A DNA stretch of 61,470 nucleotides, counting the filler. It is 7 parts of 7 records of this genome, joined end to end, with 100 filler letters (N's around TTAATTAATTAA, not from the genome) between each part and the next. Parts side by side here need not be neighbours in the genome. Positions count along the whole stretch, not along the records: positions 1 to 6,442 come from SRR31156797_41081; positions 6,543 to 13,574 come from SRR31156797_41113; 5 more parts are not named here. One strand, 5' to 3'. Made by a program: the position numbers and the translations under genes. Every line of letters starts with the position of its first letter. The first letter of the stretch is position 1. The notes beneath the pieces are model-generated. The model was not told the DNA's origin and searched no databases. It saw only the letters and a list, made by a program, of their open reading frames with translations. Of this stretch, positions 1 through 9,806 are shown one piece after another.

Positions 1-1437
1 AATTTCAACACCATTAATTACAAGGTCGTAGGCATTGGCGCGTACTTTTCCGGGATCGGTTTCCATTAATGCGATATCTTCTTCTTTTGGCGAAGTAAAC
101 GGATGGTGCATGGCATGGTAGCGCTGACTTTCGTCGTCCCACTCCAATAAAGGAAAATCGACAACCCAAAGCGGTTTAAAGGTATTTTTATCGCGAAGAT
201 TAAGTTGGTTACCCATTTCTAAGCGTAGCTCGCCAATGGCGCCCTGAATGTGCTTTTTATCGCCACTCATTACCAGGATCAGGTCGCCGGCTTCGGCTCC
301 AACTTTTTCGGCCCAAACTTTCAGGTCGTCTTGCGAGTAGAACTTATCTACCGACGACTTAAAGCTACCATCTTCGTTACATTTTACGTAAACCAGTCCT
401 TTGGCACCAATTTGCGGACGTTGCACCCACTTGGTTAAACCATCGAGCTGTTTTCGGGTGTAGGTAGCGCATCCTTTTGCACAAATGGCCCCAACGTATT
501 CAGCCGAATCGAAGACCACAAAGTTGTTTCCTTTTACGGTTTCAGTAATATCGTTTATACACATTTCGAAACGGGTGTCGGGTTTGTCCGATCCATATTT
601 CTCCATGGCCTCGCTGTACGGCATCCAAGGGAAATCTTCCACCTCAACGTTTAAGGTTTGCTTAAACATGTGCTTTGTCAAACCTTCGAAAGTGTCGAGC
701 ACATCTTTCTGCTCTACAAACGACATTTCGCAGTCTATTTGCGTAAACTCGGGCTGACGGTCGGCACGCAAATCTTCGTCGCGGAAGCATTTTACAATTT
801 GGTAGTAGCGGTCGAAACCGGCTACCATTAGCAATTGTTTAAACGTTTGTGGCGATTGCGGCAAAGCGTAAAACTGGCCTTCGTTCATGCGCGAAGGCAC
901 CACAAAATCGCGTGCCCCTTCGGGTGTCGATTTAATCAACACCGGTGTTTCGGTTTCAATAAATTCCTGATCGTTTAGATAAGAACGAACGGCATGTGCC
1001 ATTTTTGAACGCAATACCAGGTTTTCGCGCACCGGGTTACGGCGCAAATCGAGGTAACGGTATTTCATTCTTAAATCATCTCCACCATCGGTATTATCTT
1101 CGATGGTAAACGGAGGCAGCTCAGCCGGGCTAAGTACTTTTATTTCGGTTAAGGCAATTTCTACCTCACCTGTTGGTATATTTTTGTTTTTACTCTGACG
1201 TTCGCGGACAATACCTTTTGCCTGAATAACAAATTCGCGTCCCAACTCTTTTAACACGCTTGAAACCGAATCATTTGTTTCTTCATCGGCCACCAATTGG
1301 GTAATTCCATAACGGTCGCGAAGGTCGATAAACGACATGGCGCCTAAATCGCGGATGCGTTGCACCCATCCTGCCAGTATTACTTCGTTGTTTACATTGC
1401 TGATACGAAGTTCGCCACATGTATGAGATCTGTACAT
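1..1437 (-). CDS. aspS: Aspartate--tRNA ligase (3' end runs off window)
   Basis: Manual translation from ATG at 1437: [77 protein letters not shown]. Absent from the ORF track because there is no stop in the window. Confidence 0.97.
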   Translation of the reverse strand, partial: MYRSHTCGELRISNVNNEVILAGWVQRIRDLGAMSFIDLRDRYGITQLVADEETNDSVSSVLKELGREFVIQAKGIVRERQSKNKNIPTGEVEIALTEIKVLSPAELPPFTIEDNTDGGDDLRMKYRYLDLRRNPVRENLVLRSKMAHAVRSYLNDQEFIETETPVLIKSTPEGARDFVVPSRMNEGQFYALPQSPQTFKQLLMVAGFDRYYQIVKCFRDEDLRADRQPEFTQIDCEMSFVEQKDVLDTFEGLTKHMFKQTLNVEVEDFPWMPYSEAMEKYGSDKPDTRFEMCINDITETVKGNNFVVFDSAEYVGAICAKGCATYTRKQLDGLTKWVQRPQIGAKGLVYVKCNEDGSFKSSVDKFYSQDDLKVWAEKVGAEAGDLILVMSGDKKHIQGAIGELRLEMGNQLNLRDKNTFKPLWVVDFPLLEWDDESQRYHAMHHPFTSPKEEDIALMETDPGKVRANAYDLVINGVEI

Positions 1438-1657
1438 TTTATCTTTCTTTTAATTTGCTGCGAAAATAAGGATATTTTAGGAATATTTTCGGAAACTTAT
1501 CACTGCATTTCAATGGAATACTGAATATTGGTTTTATCCATTGTAAGAATTCGTGTGAGCTTAACTAATCCCGTCTTTTAGGTGGGGAATCTTAAAAATT
1601 CTATCTTTCGCAATTAATTTATATCCCCGCATTAAGGTACGGGATAAAACAGATAAA

Positions 1658-2101
1658 ATGATTGAGCCATTTAACGACGAATATTTTATGAAGAAAGCCT
1701 TTGCTGAAGCGGTACTGGCTTTTGACAAAGGAGAGATTCCGGTTGGAGCGATTGTGGTTTCGAAAGGAAAAATAATAGCCCGTGCGCACAACCTTACCGA
1801 AACCTTAAACGATGTAACGGCCCATGCCGAAATGCAGGCCATTACTGCCGCGGCAAATATGCTTGGCGGCAAATACCTTAACGATTGCACCTTGTATGTT
1901 ACCCTGGAGCCTTGTGTAATGTGTGCAGGGGCTTTGGGGTGGTCGCAAATTGGCAAAATTGTTTACGGCGCATCGGATGATAAACGTGGTTTTCGGAAAT
2001 TTGCAGCAAAAGCGCTTCATCCCAAAACGGAAGTGCTTAGTGGTATATTTGAAACCGAATGTGCAGAATTGCTACAAGAGTTCTTTAAGTCGAAACGATA
2101 A
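1658..2101 (+). CDS. tadA: tRNA-specific adenosine deaminase
   Basis: HAE and PCVMC zinc-deaminase motifs; GEIPVGA; 147 aa. Confidence 0.9.
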   Translation: MIEPFNDEYFMKKAFAEAVLAFDKGEIPVGAIVVSKGKIIARAHNLTETLNDVTAHAEMQAITAAANMLGGKYLNDCTLYVTLEPCVMCAGALGWSQIGKIVYGASDDKRGFRKFAAKALHPKTEVLSGIFETECAELLQEFFKSKR

Positions 2102-2231
2102 GTTGCAGGTTTTCCCTTCTGGAAAGGAGAAGTGGCTGCGATACAAGATTAAGCCATTTTAGTTAACACTCGATTACTGACATACGGTAGAACAATTCAC
2201 CACCTCCTGTCAGGAGGAGAAATTAGATCTA

Positions 2232-4796
2232 CTACCTCACTTCCATACTAAAACTGCCCTTACCAGCCGCATCAAATGCCTTTATCCTTACTTTGCCCGA
2301 TACTTCAACGGGGGCTTTATACAAGGTTGATTTTATATCTGGTTCACGACCATCAGTTGTATATCGGATTGTTAATCCCGGGTAAGTTGAATTGGCATGT
2401 AATTTTCCATCTATGATTTTTCCTCCTGGTGTTGGTACACGATAGTTATATCCGCCAAATAACGTTTTATACTTTGGCAGTTCTTCAGCAAGTGTATTGG
2501 CAAAAACATTCCACTCTTTATCCCAACTGGCTTCTCGTTTAGTTTTGTTATCAATACCTTCCCATTCGCGCTCGGGTGCCCAGGCCGTTTCGGCAAAGGC
2601 AGGAAGTTTGGGTAAAATATGTCGCATTAAATCATCTTCACCATCCATTATCGTTTCTGCCCAAAGCTGTGCCTGCACTCCAATAATATTCTTTTTCGCA
2701 TGTGGCTGAATACGCTCCATTCCGGCATATTCTTTTTCCATATCAATTTCAGCTCCCATTGCAGTATGGGTAGTGGTTTTAAACAAGTTGAATGTTGCTA
2801 CCTGCCAGGCATCGCGCACATCTCCCATTCCGCCCCAGTACAAACCAGGTTCGCGCGGATCTTTGTTATAGGCCAAATCAAAATAAAAACTCGAAACATT
2901 ACACATTATAACCGGATACCCGGCATTGGCCAATCGGTAATTCAAATCGGTATTTACACCCAGGTTGTTCCAAACGTAGGGGTAAACATTTTGCCCGGCA
3001 AACTCTGGGTTGGGATTATACCTTCCGTTCTTATCTTTAAGCAAACCAATCTCTTCCCATCCCGCGATTTTCAGCTCTTTTCTATTCAGAATTTCTATTA
3101 TTCTTCGGGTACCGTAGGCCTGCAGGTTTCGGGGATCTTTATATTCCGGATATTTTTTCATTAGTTCGGCACACATTGGCGAGGCACTCCATGACCCCTC
3201 GGGTACTTCATCGCCCCCGGTATGCAGGTAATCCAAAGCCACGCCCGCCTCTTTGTACATTTCAATTACATCATCAATTACAGTTTCGTAAAACTTATAA
3301 GTAGATTCGCGTGCCACATTTACAATATTATCAGAATACCATTGTGCCGACCGGTATTTCGAAGTTTCTTCCGGATCAATTAAACGATACTCATTGGCTT
3401 TTTCTTCATCACCTGCTGCCATGTATTTTTTATATCGTGCCTCCATGGCTTTTATTGCTGCTCGTGCATGCCCCGGAAAACCAATTTCGGGAATGACCTT
3501 AATATGACGGGATTGTGCATACCGTAAAATCTCGATAAACTCTTCGCGCGAATAATAACCACTTCCAAAACTTCCTTCGGCATAAGCTTCCGGCCCCGAT
3601 CCGTACGAAGGATGCAGGGCATTCGCCTCTTTTGTGGTATGCCCCCTATGACTGCCAACGTCGGTTAGTTCAGGTAATTCTTCAATTTCCAGGCGCCAGC
3701 CTTCATCTTCGGTAATATAAAAAAGCAAATGGTTGATTTTGTAAAAAGCCAGGATATCGATAACCTTTTTTACAGTTTCTTTGGTTTGGAAATTTCGGGA
3801 AACATCAAGCTGCATTCCCCTGTACGAAAAACGTGGGGCGTCGTTAAGCTTTATTTCGGTTAATACCACCGGAAGTTCACCACTAATAAATAAATTGGTA
3901 GGGATTAATCCGATTAAACTTTGAATACCATAAAAAACACCTGCGGCATCACCCCCTCTAATTACTATCGACTGGTTATTATTTACCTCCAAAGTATACG
4001 ACTCGGGCAGCCCGCTTTTTTTCCCCAGAAAAATACTATTTGATTTTGGTTCTTTTGCCTCTTGTGCATTAAATGTATCGCCAAACATTTTTTGTAAAAA
4101 CAAGGAAAGATAATTGGCCTCATTCTCTAATCCTTTTTCGTAATACAAGTCAACAGGCCCGTCAAAAATCACCTTATTACCCGATGTTTCAGCAGAAACA
4201 GGTGACGGAATAATAGGAAGTAAATCTTCTCTATCAAGTTTTTTAAGGTTTAGATTCTGGTTATACTGCCATGCCGCTGTGGGAATTGGTTCGGCATCGT
4301 TTTTATGTCGGTTAACATGCTCCGGTTCTGTAAATGGTAAAATGGCATAATCATTTACGGCTACAATATCCGTTTCATTTCCATTTTTATCGTAAAAAAC
4401 AAAATAAGGACCTACTGCGGCATCACTTTCTTTAATATACCAGGCTTCACTTTCGTAAGTAATTTCTTTTGATTCACCTGGCTTTAATTTAAAACCAGTC
4501 TCAGGAGAAATTTTAAACCAATCGCCACTAATGTGTTCAATTTTTGTATGATTATTCGAGCCTAATGGCTGTCGTGGGGCCTGATTATAAAACAGCGCCC
4601 AGTTGCTCTCACTAAACTTAAATTGACTCTTATTCTCAATAATAAACTTTGCTTTTACTTTTGGTATTTCTGCATATTCATTACTTATTATTTGCCACGA
4701 GAGCTTCAGTTCATCAGCTGTTGGGGTATGAGTAGTGCAACCTTGTACCATATATAATAAAATTATACTGAGAATAATTGCGAATGACTTTTTCAT
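2232..4796 (-). CDS. GH20 beta-N-acetylhexosaminidase lipoprotein
   Basis: Lipobox VQGC; DAPRFSYRG..LDVSRNF; catalytic HTGGDEV; C-terminal chitobiase/FN3-associated domain (IRYTTDGREP). Confidence 0.92.
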   Translation of the reverse strand: MKKSFAIILSIILLYMVQGCTTHTPTADELKLSWQIISNEYAEIPKVKAKFIIENKSQFKFSESNWALFYNQAPRQPLGSNNHTKIEHISGDWFKISPETGFKLKPGESKEITYESEAWYIKESDAAVGPYFVFYDKNGNETDIVAVNDYAILPFTEPEHVNRHKNDAEPIPTAAWQYNQNLNLKKLDREDLLPIIPSPVSAETSGNKVIFDGPVDLYYEKGLENEANYLSLFLQKMFGDTFNAQEAKEPKSNSIFLGKKSGLPESYTLEVNNNQSIVIRGGDAAGVFYGIQSLIGLIPTNLFISGELPVVLTEIKLNDAPRFSYRGMQLDVSRNFQTKETVKKVIDILAFYKINHLLFYITEDEGWRLEIEELPELTDVGSHRGHTTKEANALHPSYGSGPEAYAEGSFGSGYYSREEFIEILRYAQSRHIKVIPEIGFPGHARAAIKAMEARYKKYMAAGDEEKANEYRLIDPEETSKYRSAQWYSDNIVNVARESTYKFYETVIDDVIEMYKEAGVALDYLHTGGDEVPEGSWSASPMCAELMKKYPEYKDPRNLQAYGTRRIIEILNRKELKIAGWEEIGLLKDKNGRYNPNPEFAGQNVYPYVWNNLGVNTDLNYRLANAGYPVIMCNVSSFYFDLAYNKDPREPGLYWGGMGDVRDAWQVATFNLFKTTTHTAMGAEIDMEKEYAGMERIQPHAKKNIIGVQAQLWAETIMDGEDDLMRHILPKLPAFAETAWAPEREWEGIDNKTKREASWDKEWNVFANTLAEELPKYKTLFGGYNYRVPTPGGKIIDGKLHANSTYPGLTIRYTTDGREPDIKSTLYKAPVEVSGKVRIKAFDAAGKGSFSMEVR

Positions 4797-4884
4797 GACA
4801 GATAAATTAGCTATGTTTGACTTTTTAATTATTTTAAAAACATTTCAAATATATAGAAATAAATAACGAAAACAAACGTCTGAT

Positions 4885-5979
4885 ATGTCTGAATTTAAAC
4901 GTCTTATTTCGCTCGATGCTTTTCGCGGATTTACCATTGCCGCAATGATAATGGTAAACAATCCGGCCACCTGGAGTCATATATATCCTCCCCTTCGACA
5001 CGCGAAATGGAATGGACTAACACCAACCGATTTAATTTTTCCGTTTTTTATTTTTATTGTAGGTGTTTCCATTGCCCTTGCCTATACAAAACGTTTAAAT
5101 GCGGGTATTGCAAAGGGGCCCATGTATAAGAAGATTATAATCAGGTCGATAAAAATATTTGCGGTAGGAATTTTACTTTGGCTTTTTCCTAAATTTAATT
5201 TCGATCATGTCCGTATAGCAGGAGTTTTACAACGCATTGCCTTGGTATTTCTAGCATGCGCATTTCTTTTTCTAAACACAAAATGGAAAACCCAGGCATT
5301 TGTTGCCGGATTATTATTGGTGCTTTACTGGTTAATTATGTGTTTTATTCCAACTCCCGGTACCGGCAAAGTAATGCTTGATCCCGGAAGCAATGTTGCT
5401 GCCTGGATCGATAATAAATTCCTTCCAGGTTACCTGTGGCAAAAGACCTGGGATCCTGAAGGTTTATTAAGTACTTTTCCTGCCATTGCTACAGGTATTA
5501 CCGGTATGCTTGCCGGCCACCTGGTATTAAGCAAACTTACACCAGAACGTAAAGTTATTTACCTGTTTGCTCTTTCGTTTTTTGCTTTTATTATCGGTTA
5601 TTTCTGGAACTATATCTTTCCTATAAATAAAAGTATATGGACAAGTTCGTTTGTTATGGTTACTTCAGGACTTGCAGGAATGACACTGGCGGTTAGTATT
5701 TTCTTTGTTGATATATTGGGAAGAACAAGGCTTACCAAACCCGGAATTATTTTTGGCTCGAATGCGATTACTGTTTATGTTCTGGCAGATGTATGGCGCT
5801 TACCTTTTTATACCTGGAAAATTGGAGGCCAAAGCCTGAACAATCATTGGCTCGGGCTATTTGAGAACCAGGGTTGGAGCATGGAAATGGGTAGTTTCCT
5901 TTACGCCGCAATGTTTATTGGGTTTAGTTTTATACCCGCCTGGATACTTTACAAGAAAAAAATATTTATAAAACTTTAA
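4885..5979 (+). CDS. HGSNAT/NagX-like membrane acyltransferase
   Basis: RLISLDAFRGFTIAAMIMVN, LRHAKWNG, GVLQRIA, DPEGLLST, PINKSIWTSSF; divergent from the GH20 gene. Confidence 0.85.
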   Translation: MSEFKRLISLDAFRGFTIAAMIMVNNPATWSHIYPPLRHAKWNGLTPTDLIFPFFIFIVGVSIALAYTKRLNAGIAKGPMYKKIIIRSIKIFAVGILLWLFPKFNFDHVRIAGVLQRIALVFLACAFLFLNTKWKTQAFVAGLLLVLYWLIMCFIPTPGTGKVMLDPGSNVAAWIDNKFLPGYLWQKTWDPEGLLSTFPAIATGITGMLAGHLVLSKLTPERKVIYLFALSFFAFIIGYFWNYIFPINKSIWTSSFVMVTSGLAGMTLAVSIFFVDILGRTRLTKPGIIFGSNAITVYVLADVWRLPFYTWKIGGQSLNNHWLGLFENQGWSMEMGSFLYAAMFIGFSFIPAWILYKKKIFIKL

Positions 5980-6057
5980 TGGCTGAAAATACTGATCATG
6001 CAGTTTGCTACAAACTTTTAGTTTCGTTCAATCTGTATGATCAGCTCTGTTTTGGTA

Positions 6058-6442
6058 TTATTCGCTTATTACAACTCCCACTTTCTTTAAATCGTCCCAA
6101 AAACCGGGATAAGATTTGGTTACCACCATCGGATCATCAACTTGCATAAGTAATCCAGCAACGGCCATTGGAGCAAAAGCTAAAGCCATCCGGTGATCAT
6201 GATAGGTGTTTATTGTTGGATTCTCTTCTTTTAGATCTGAATTTACATTACCGTCCCAGGCCAATTCGCCATGCTCAGGCTCCGTTAGTTCTGCCCCAAA
6301 CTTAGCCAGTTCGTTTAGCAAGGCAGCAATCCGGTCTGTTTCCTTAATTTTTAAGGTTTTTAAGCCTGTAAAATGGAAAGGGATTTGTTTGGCCACACAC
6401 AAACAAGCCATCGTTTGTGCCACATCCGGATTTTCAATAAAA
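6058..6442 (-). CDS. aroA: EPSP synthase, C-terminal part (5' cut by contig edge)
   Basis: PDVAQT, LKIKETDRI, TYHDHRMALAFA, VVTKSYPGFW. Confidence 0.93.
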
Positions 6443-6542
6443 NNNNNNNNNNNNNNNNNNNNNNNNNNNNNNNNNNNNNNNNNNNNTTAATTAATTAANN
6501 NNNNNNNNNNNNNNNNNNNNNNNNNNNNNNNNNNNNNNNNNN
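6443..6542. other. Artificial contig spacer
   Basis: 100-nt N run containing TTAATTAATTAA (stops in all frames). Confidence 0.99.
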
Positions 6543-6544
6543 AC

Positions 6545-6850
6545 AGCTTGGTTTTATGTGCGAAAGTTGAGTATTTAAGTGTTATAACTACGCAAACATC
6601 AAAATATATTGCAATGCAAAATCCTTATAATAGTTCAGATGTTCATATACATTATCATGTGCATAATGGATCAAACCACGCACACACTCATACACATAGT
6701 CAAATAAGTATTAGTATCTCAGATTTTTTTATTGATACTAACAATCAAAACAATTTTGGAGATAGCTTAGCAACTCAAGATTATTTTCATACAGCTATTT
6801 TTATCCCAACTCCAATAAAGCAATCTCTCTTTCGCCCACCAATTTTATAG
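6545..6850 (+). CDS. His-rich small protein with C-terminal RPP motif (probably 5'-truncated)
   Basis: Frame open to the contig edge; HIHYHVHNGSNHAHTHTHS; ends PTPIKQSLFRPPIL*. Confidence 0.7.
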   Translation, partial: SLVLCAKVEYLSVITTQTSKYIAMQNPYNSSDVHIHYHVHNGSNHAHTHTHSQISISISDFFIDTNNQNNFGDSLATQDYFHTAIFIPTPIKQSLFRPPIL

Positions 6851-6890
6851 ATCTTGACAAACTTATTTTATAAATTATTAAAGGATATAA

Positions 6891-7673
6891 ATGAAGATAT
6901 TTTTTTCATTAGTAGCTATGCTACTTTTTAGTGGGGTTTTATATGCTCATGGTATAAGTGAAACCGATAAACAAGCTATGCTTGATGGTGGAAACTTACG
7001 ATATATTTGGTTGGGTGCTACCCATATGTTAACAGGATATGACCATTTACTCTTTTTATTTGGTGTTATATTCTTTTTAAACAATACAAGAGATGTTATA
7101 AAATTTGTAACAATTTTTACAATTGGTCACTCTATAACACTTATATTTGCTACTTTTTTAAGTATTCAAGCAAATTACTATTTAATAGACGCAGTTATAG
7201 CACTCAGTGTTATCTACAAAGGTTTTGATAACGTGAAAGGTTTTGAAAACTACTTAGGTGTAAAATCTCCAAATTTAATGTTGATGGTTTTAGCCTTTGG
7301 ACTTATTCATGGGTTTGGACTTTCAACAAGATTACAACAACTCCCTTTAGGAGAAGATAACTCTGAAATTTTGATGAGAATTATTTCATTTAATGTGGGA
7401 GTTGAATTAGGACAGATATTGGCACTCATCGGTATGTTGATAGTTCTTAATATTTTAAGAAAACTTGATGCATTTGAAAGATTAAGTAAAGTTGCCAATC
7501 ATCTATTAATATTCCTTGGATTTATGTTATTATTGATGCAGTTACATGGATATTTACACACTACAAATGAAGAGGAGTTTGGCTTCAATAAAGATGCCCA
7601 TGCACATATACATTTAGAAGAGGAAGCAAAAAAAATAAAGCAATCAAGTGCTTCCCATGAGAGTATATTCTAA
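6891..7673 (+). CDS. HupE/UreJ family (Ni/Co) membrane protein
   Basis: Signal peptide ending YAH; HMLTGYDHLLF, FTIGHSITL, FGLIHGFGL, FNVGVELGQ. Confidence 0.88.
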   Translation: MKIFFSLVAMLLFSGVLYAHGISETDKQAMLDGGNLRYIWLGATHMLTGYDHLLFLFGVIFFLNNTRDVIKFVTIFTIGHSITLIFATFLSIQANYYLIDAVIALSVIYKGFDNVKGFENYLGVKSPNLMLMVLAFGLIHGFGLSTRLQQLPLGEDNSEILMRIISFNVGVELGQILALIGMLIVLNILRKLDAFERLSKVANHLLIFLGFMLLLMQLHGYLHTTNEEEFGFNKDAHAHIHLEEEAKKIKQSSASHESIF

Positions 7674-7684
7674 AAGGAGCAAGA

Positions 7685-7822
7685 GTGATAGATATTAAAA
7701 AACTGTTACGTATAGGATTAATAGGAGTTTTTCTTATTATAATAAGTGGGTGTTCAGATCATGGACACTCTCACGATGAAAATGGTGAACATTCACATAC
7801 AACACATGAAACAATAGGCTAA
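7685..7822 (+). CDS. 45-aa His-rich lipoprotein (not in ORF track)
   Basis: SD AAGGAG at 7674-7679, GTG start; MIDIKKLLRIGLIGVFLIIISGCSDHGHSHDENGEHSHTTHETIG*; lipobox ISGC. Confidence 0.8.
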   Translation: MIDIKKLLRIGLIGVFLIIISGCSDHGHSHDENGEHSHTTHETIG

Positions 7823-7833
7823 AAGGAATTTTT

Positions 7834-8190
7834 ATGAAACGAATTATTAAAACAATAGCATTTGCGCTAACTCTAGCAACTACACCTCTACTGGCAGGTG
7901 CAGGACATGAACATACAGCAGATGGTGGGCATTATCATGCTCCTGTTAATAAAACAGTAGCAATACAAAAAGCTCAAAAGATAGTAAACAATTTCATTAA
8001 AAAAAATGTCATTGATAAAAGCTGGTCAACATCTAACTGGGATACAGCCAAAAAAAAGATCATTAAAGGAAATGAAGAATGGGTTGTAATTTTTATTAAT
8101 GAAAAAATAGAAGATAAAACAAAACAAAAACTTTATGTTTTTCTAACACCAACTGGAAAATATATTGCTGCTAACTATGCTGGTAATTAA
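7834..8190 (+). CDS. His-rich periplasmic protein (DUF6488-like)
   Basis: Signal peptide, GAGHEHTADGGHYH, IDKSW, EWVVIF, LYVFLTPTGKYIAANYAG. Confidence 0.75.
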   Translation: MKRIIKTIAFALTLATTPLLAGAGHEHTADGGHYHAPVNKTVAIQKAQKIVNNFIKKNVIDKSWSTSNWDTAKKKIIKGNEEWVVIFINEKIEDKTKQKLYVFLTPTGKYIAANYAGN

Positions 8191-8201
8191 AACTCTTCTT
8201 T

Positions 8202-8237
8202 AGGATAATAATAGTGTCAGCTTTTATTATCCTGTTT
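8202..8237 (+). terminator. Putative intrinsic terminator
   Basis: AGGATAATAA (8202-8211) / TTATTATCCT (8224-8233) inverted repeat, then GTTT. Confidence 0.55.
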
Positions 8238-8287
8238 AACTTCATTTAACTTCACGTGAATTTTTAGATAACTTCATACTCTATAAT
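8235..8287 (+). promoter_or_regulatory. Direct-repeat regulator site plus -10 box
   Basis: TTTAACTTCA twice in tandem (8235-8254), a third degenerate TAACTTCA copy near 8269, TATAAT at 8282-8287. Confidence 0.55.
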
Positions 8288-8319
8288 TTCTCTATAAAAT
8301 ATAAAGAAGGAACAAATAA

Positions 8320-8781
8320 ATGAAAACTTTAAAAACATTGACAACTTTAACACTAGGTGCTGTACTATCAGTTTCACTTTTCGCACAAGAAAAAACGGCA
8401 GATGATCTACTTAAAACAATGAAAAAAGAGGATATCACTTATGCTCAATTGATGCAAGGGATGGCAATCGCTAAAAATAATATTGATACAGGTGTTATTA
8501 GTATGAATAAAATGCTTGTAGATACAGGGATTCATTTTATTAGAAACCACCCTGCTCCAAAAGCAAAACCTTGGGTAATTATGGGAAAAGATGACCAAGC
8601 AGGGTTTAAATCTATGTTAGTATTCTATGATAAAAAAATGGATGAAGATGTGGATGCTATCGAAAAAGCTGTAATTGAAAAAGACTGGATGAAAGCACTT
8701 GAAGCTTCTGGGGAGCTTAGCAATAGTTGTATCTCTTGTCATACAGCATACAAAGATAAAGTACAATATGTAATGAAATAA
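8320..8781 (+). CDS. Class II (c'-type) periplasmic cytochrome c
   Basis: Signal peptide; helical character; single C-terminal CISCH heme motif. Confidence 0.8.
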   Translation: MKTLKTLTTLTLGAVLSVSLFAQEKTADDLLKTMKKEDITYAQLMQGMAIAKNNIDTGVISMNKMLVDTGIHFIRNHPAPKAKPWVIMGKDDQAGFKSMLVFYDKKMDEDVDAIEKAVIEKDWMKALEASGELSNSCISCHTAYKDKVQYVMK

Positions 8782-8794
8782 AAACTTCCAGCCT

Positions 8795-9736
8795 TTAAGG
8801 TTGGCTAGTTTTATTTAATTCTATTGTAATATGTACAAGCTCTTCATGAACTTGTAACTCTTTTTTAAAATAATCACTATCAATATCTTCATCCACATCT
8901 AAACAAAGAATACAAGAGTATTTCCCTTTTCCAACATGCCATACATGAAAATCAGTAATTTTTGCTTTTACTTTTGAGTTTTCTATAACTTCTACAATCT
9001 CACTAACAACTGGTGCATCCATATTTGCATCAAGTAATACTTTTCCTGATTGTTTAATAAGTCCTAATGCCCAAATAAAAACTAAAACTGAACCAACTAT
9101 CCCCATCACTGGATCAAGCCATGCAGCACCCCAGAGCATCCCTGCAAATAAAGCAATAATAGCAAGAATTGAAGTTAACGCATCCGCCAATACATGTAAA
9201 TAAGCAGCTTTTAAATTCATATCGTGATGATGTGAATGTTCATGCTCATGATGATCATGTCCATGATGGTGATGTGAGTGGTCGTCTTTTAAAAGCCAAG
9301 CACAAACTAAATTTACTATTAATCCTAAAACTGCTACAAATATCACTTCTTTATAAGAGATATCCACTGGATTAAAAAATCGCTCAATAGAATGATACGC
9401 CATAAAGAAAGCTACTACCATAAGTAAAATTGCACTAGTATATGCTCCTAGTATCTCAATTTTATAAGTTCCAAAACTAAATCTGATATCACTTTTATAT
9501 TTTGTTGCCATCACATATGCAAAAAAAGACAAGCCTAATGCCAAAGCGTGTGAACTCATATGCCACCCATCTGCTAATAATGCCATAGAATTAAATATCA
9601 TACCTGCTGTAATCTCTGCAATCATCATTACAAATGTTAAAATTGTTGCATAAAGTGTATTTCTTTTTGCAATACTATTATTATCATCAAAACTATGTGA
9701 ATGTGATAGGTTTTCTAAAATAGCTGTTGTTTGCAT
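8795..9736 (-). CDS. dmeF: CDF Co/Ni efflux transporter DmeF
   Basis: SMALLADGWHMSSHA, His-rich loop, NLKAAYLHVLADALTS. Confidence 0.9.
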   Translation of the reverse strand: MQTTAILENLSHSHSFDDNNSIAKRNTLYATILTFVMMIAEITAGMIFNSMALLADGWHMSSHALALGLSFFAYVMATKYKSDIRFSFGTYKIEILGAYTSAILLMVVAFFMAYHSIERFFNPVDISYKEVIFVAVLGLIVNLVCAWLLKDDHSHHHHGHDHHEHEHSHHHDMNLKAAYLHVLADALTSILAIIALFAGMLWGAAWLDPVMGIVGSVLVFIWALGLIKQSGKVLLDANMDAPVVSEIVEVIENSKVKAKITDFHVWHVGKGKYSCILCLDVDEDIDSDYFKKELQVHEELVHITIELNKTSQP

Positions 9737-9762
9737 TTTATACCTTTTTTAAAATATTTTTG

Positions 9763-9779
9763 ATACTATACCCCAGTAT
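9763..9779. promoter_or_regulatory. CsoR/RcnR/DmeR-type operator
   Basis: ATACT-ATACCCC-AGTAT: inverted repeat flanking a C-tract, between divergent dmeF and the repressor gene. Confidence 0.75.
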
Positions 9780-9806
9780 AACTTATAAAAATTTAAAGGC
9801 TTAAAT

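Noticed and set aside
250-757. Short plus-strand ORFs
   Set aside because: Antisense to aspS.
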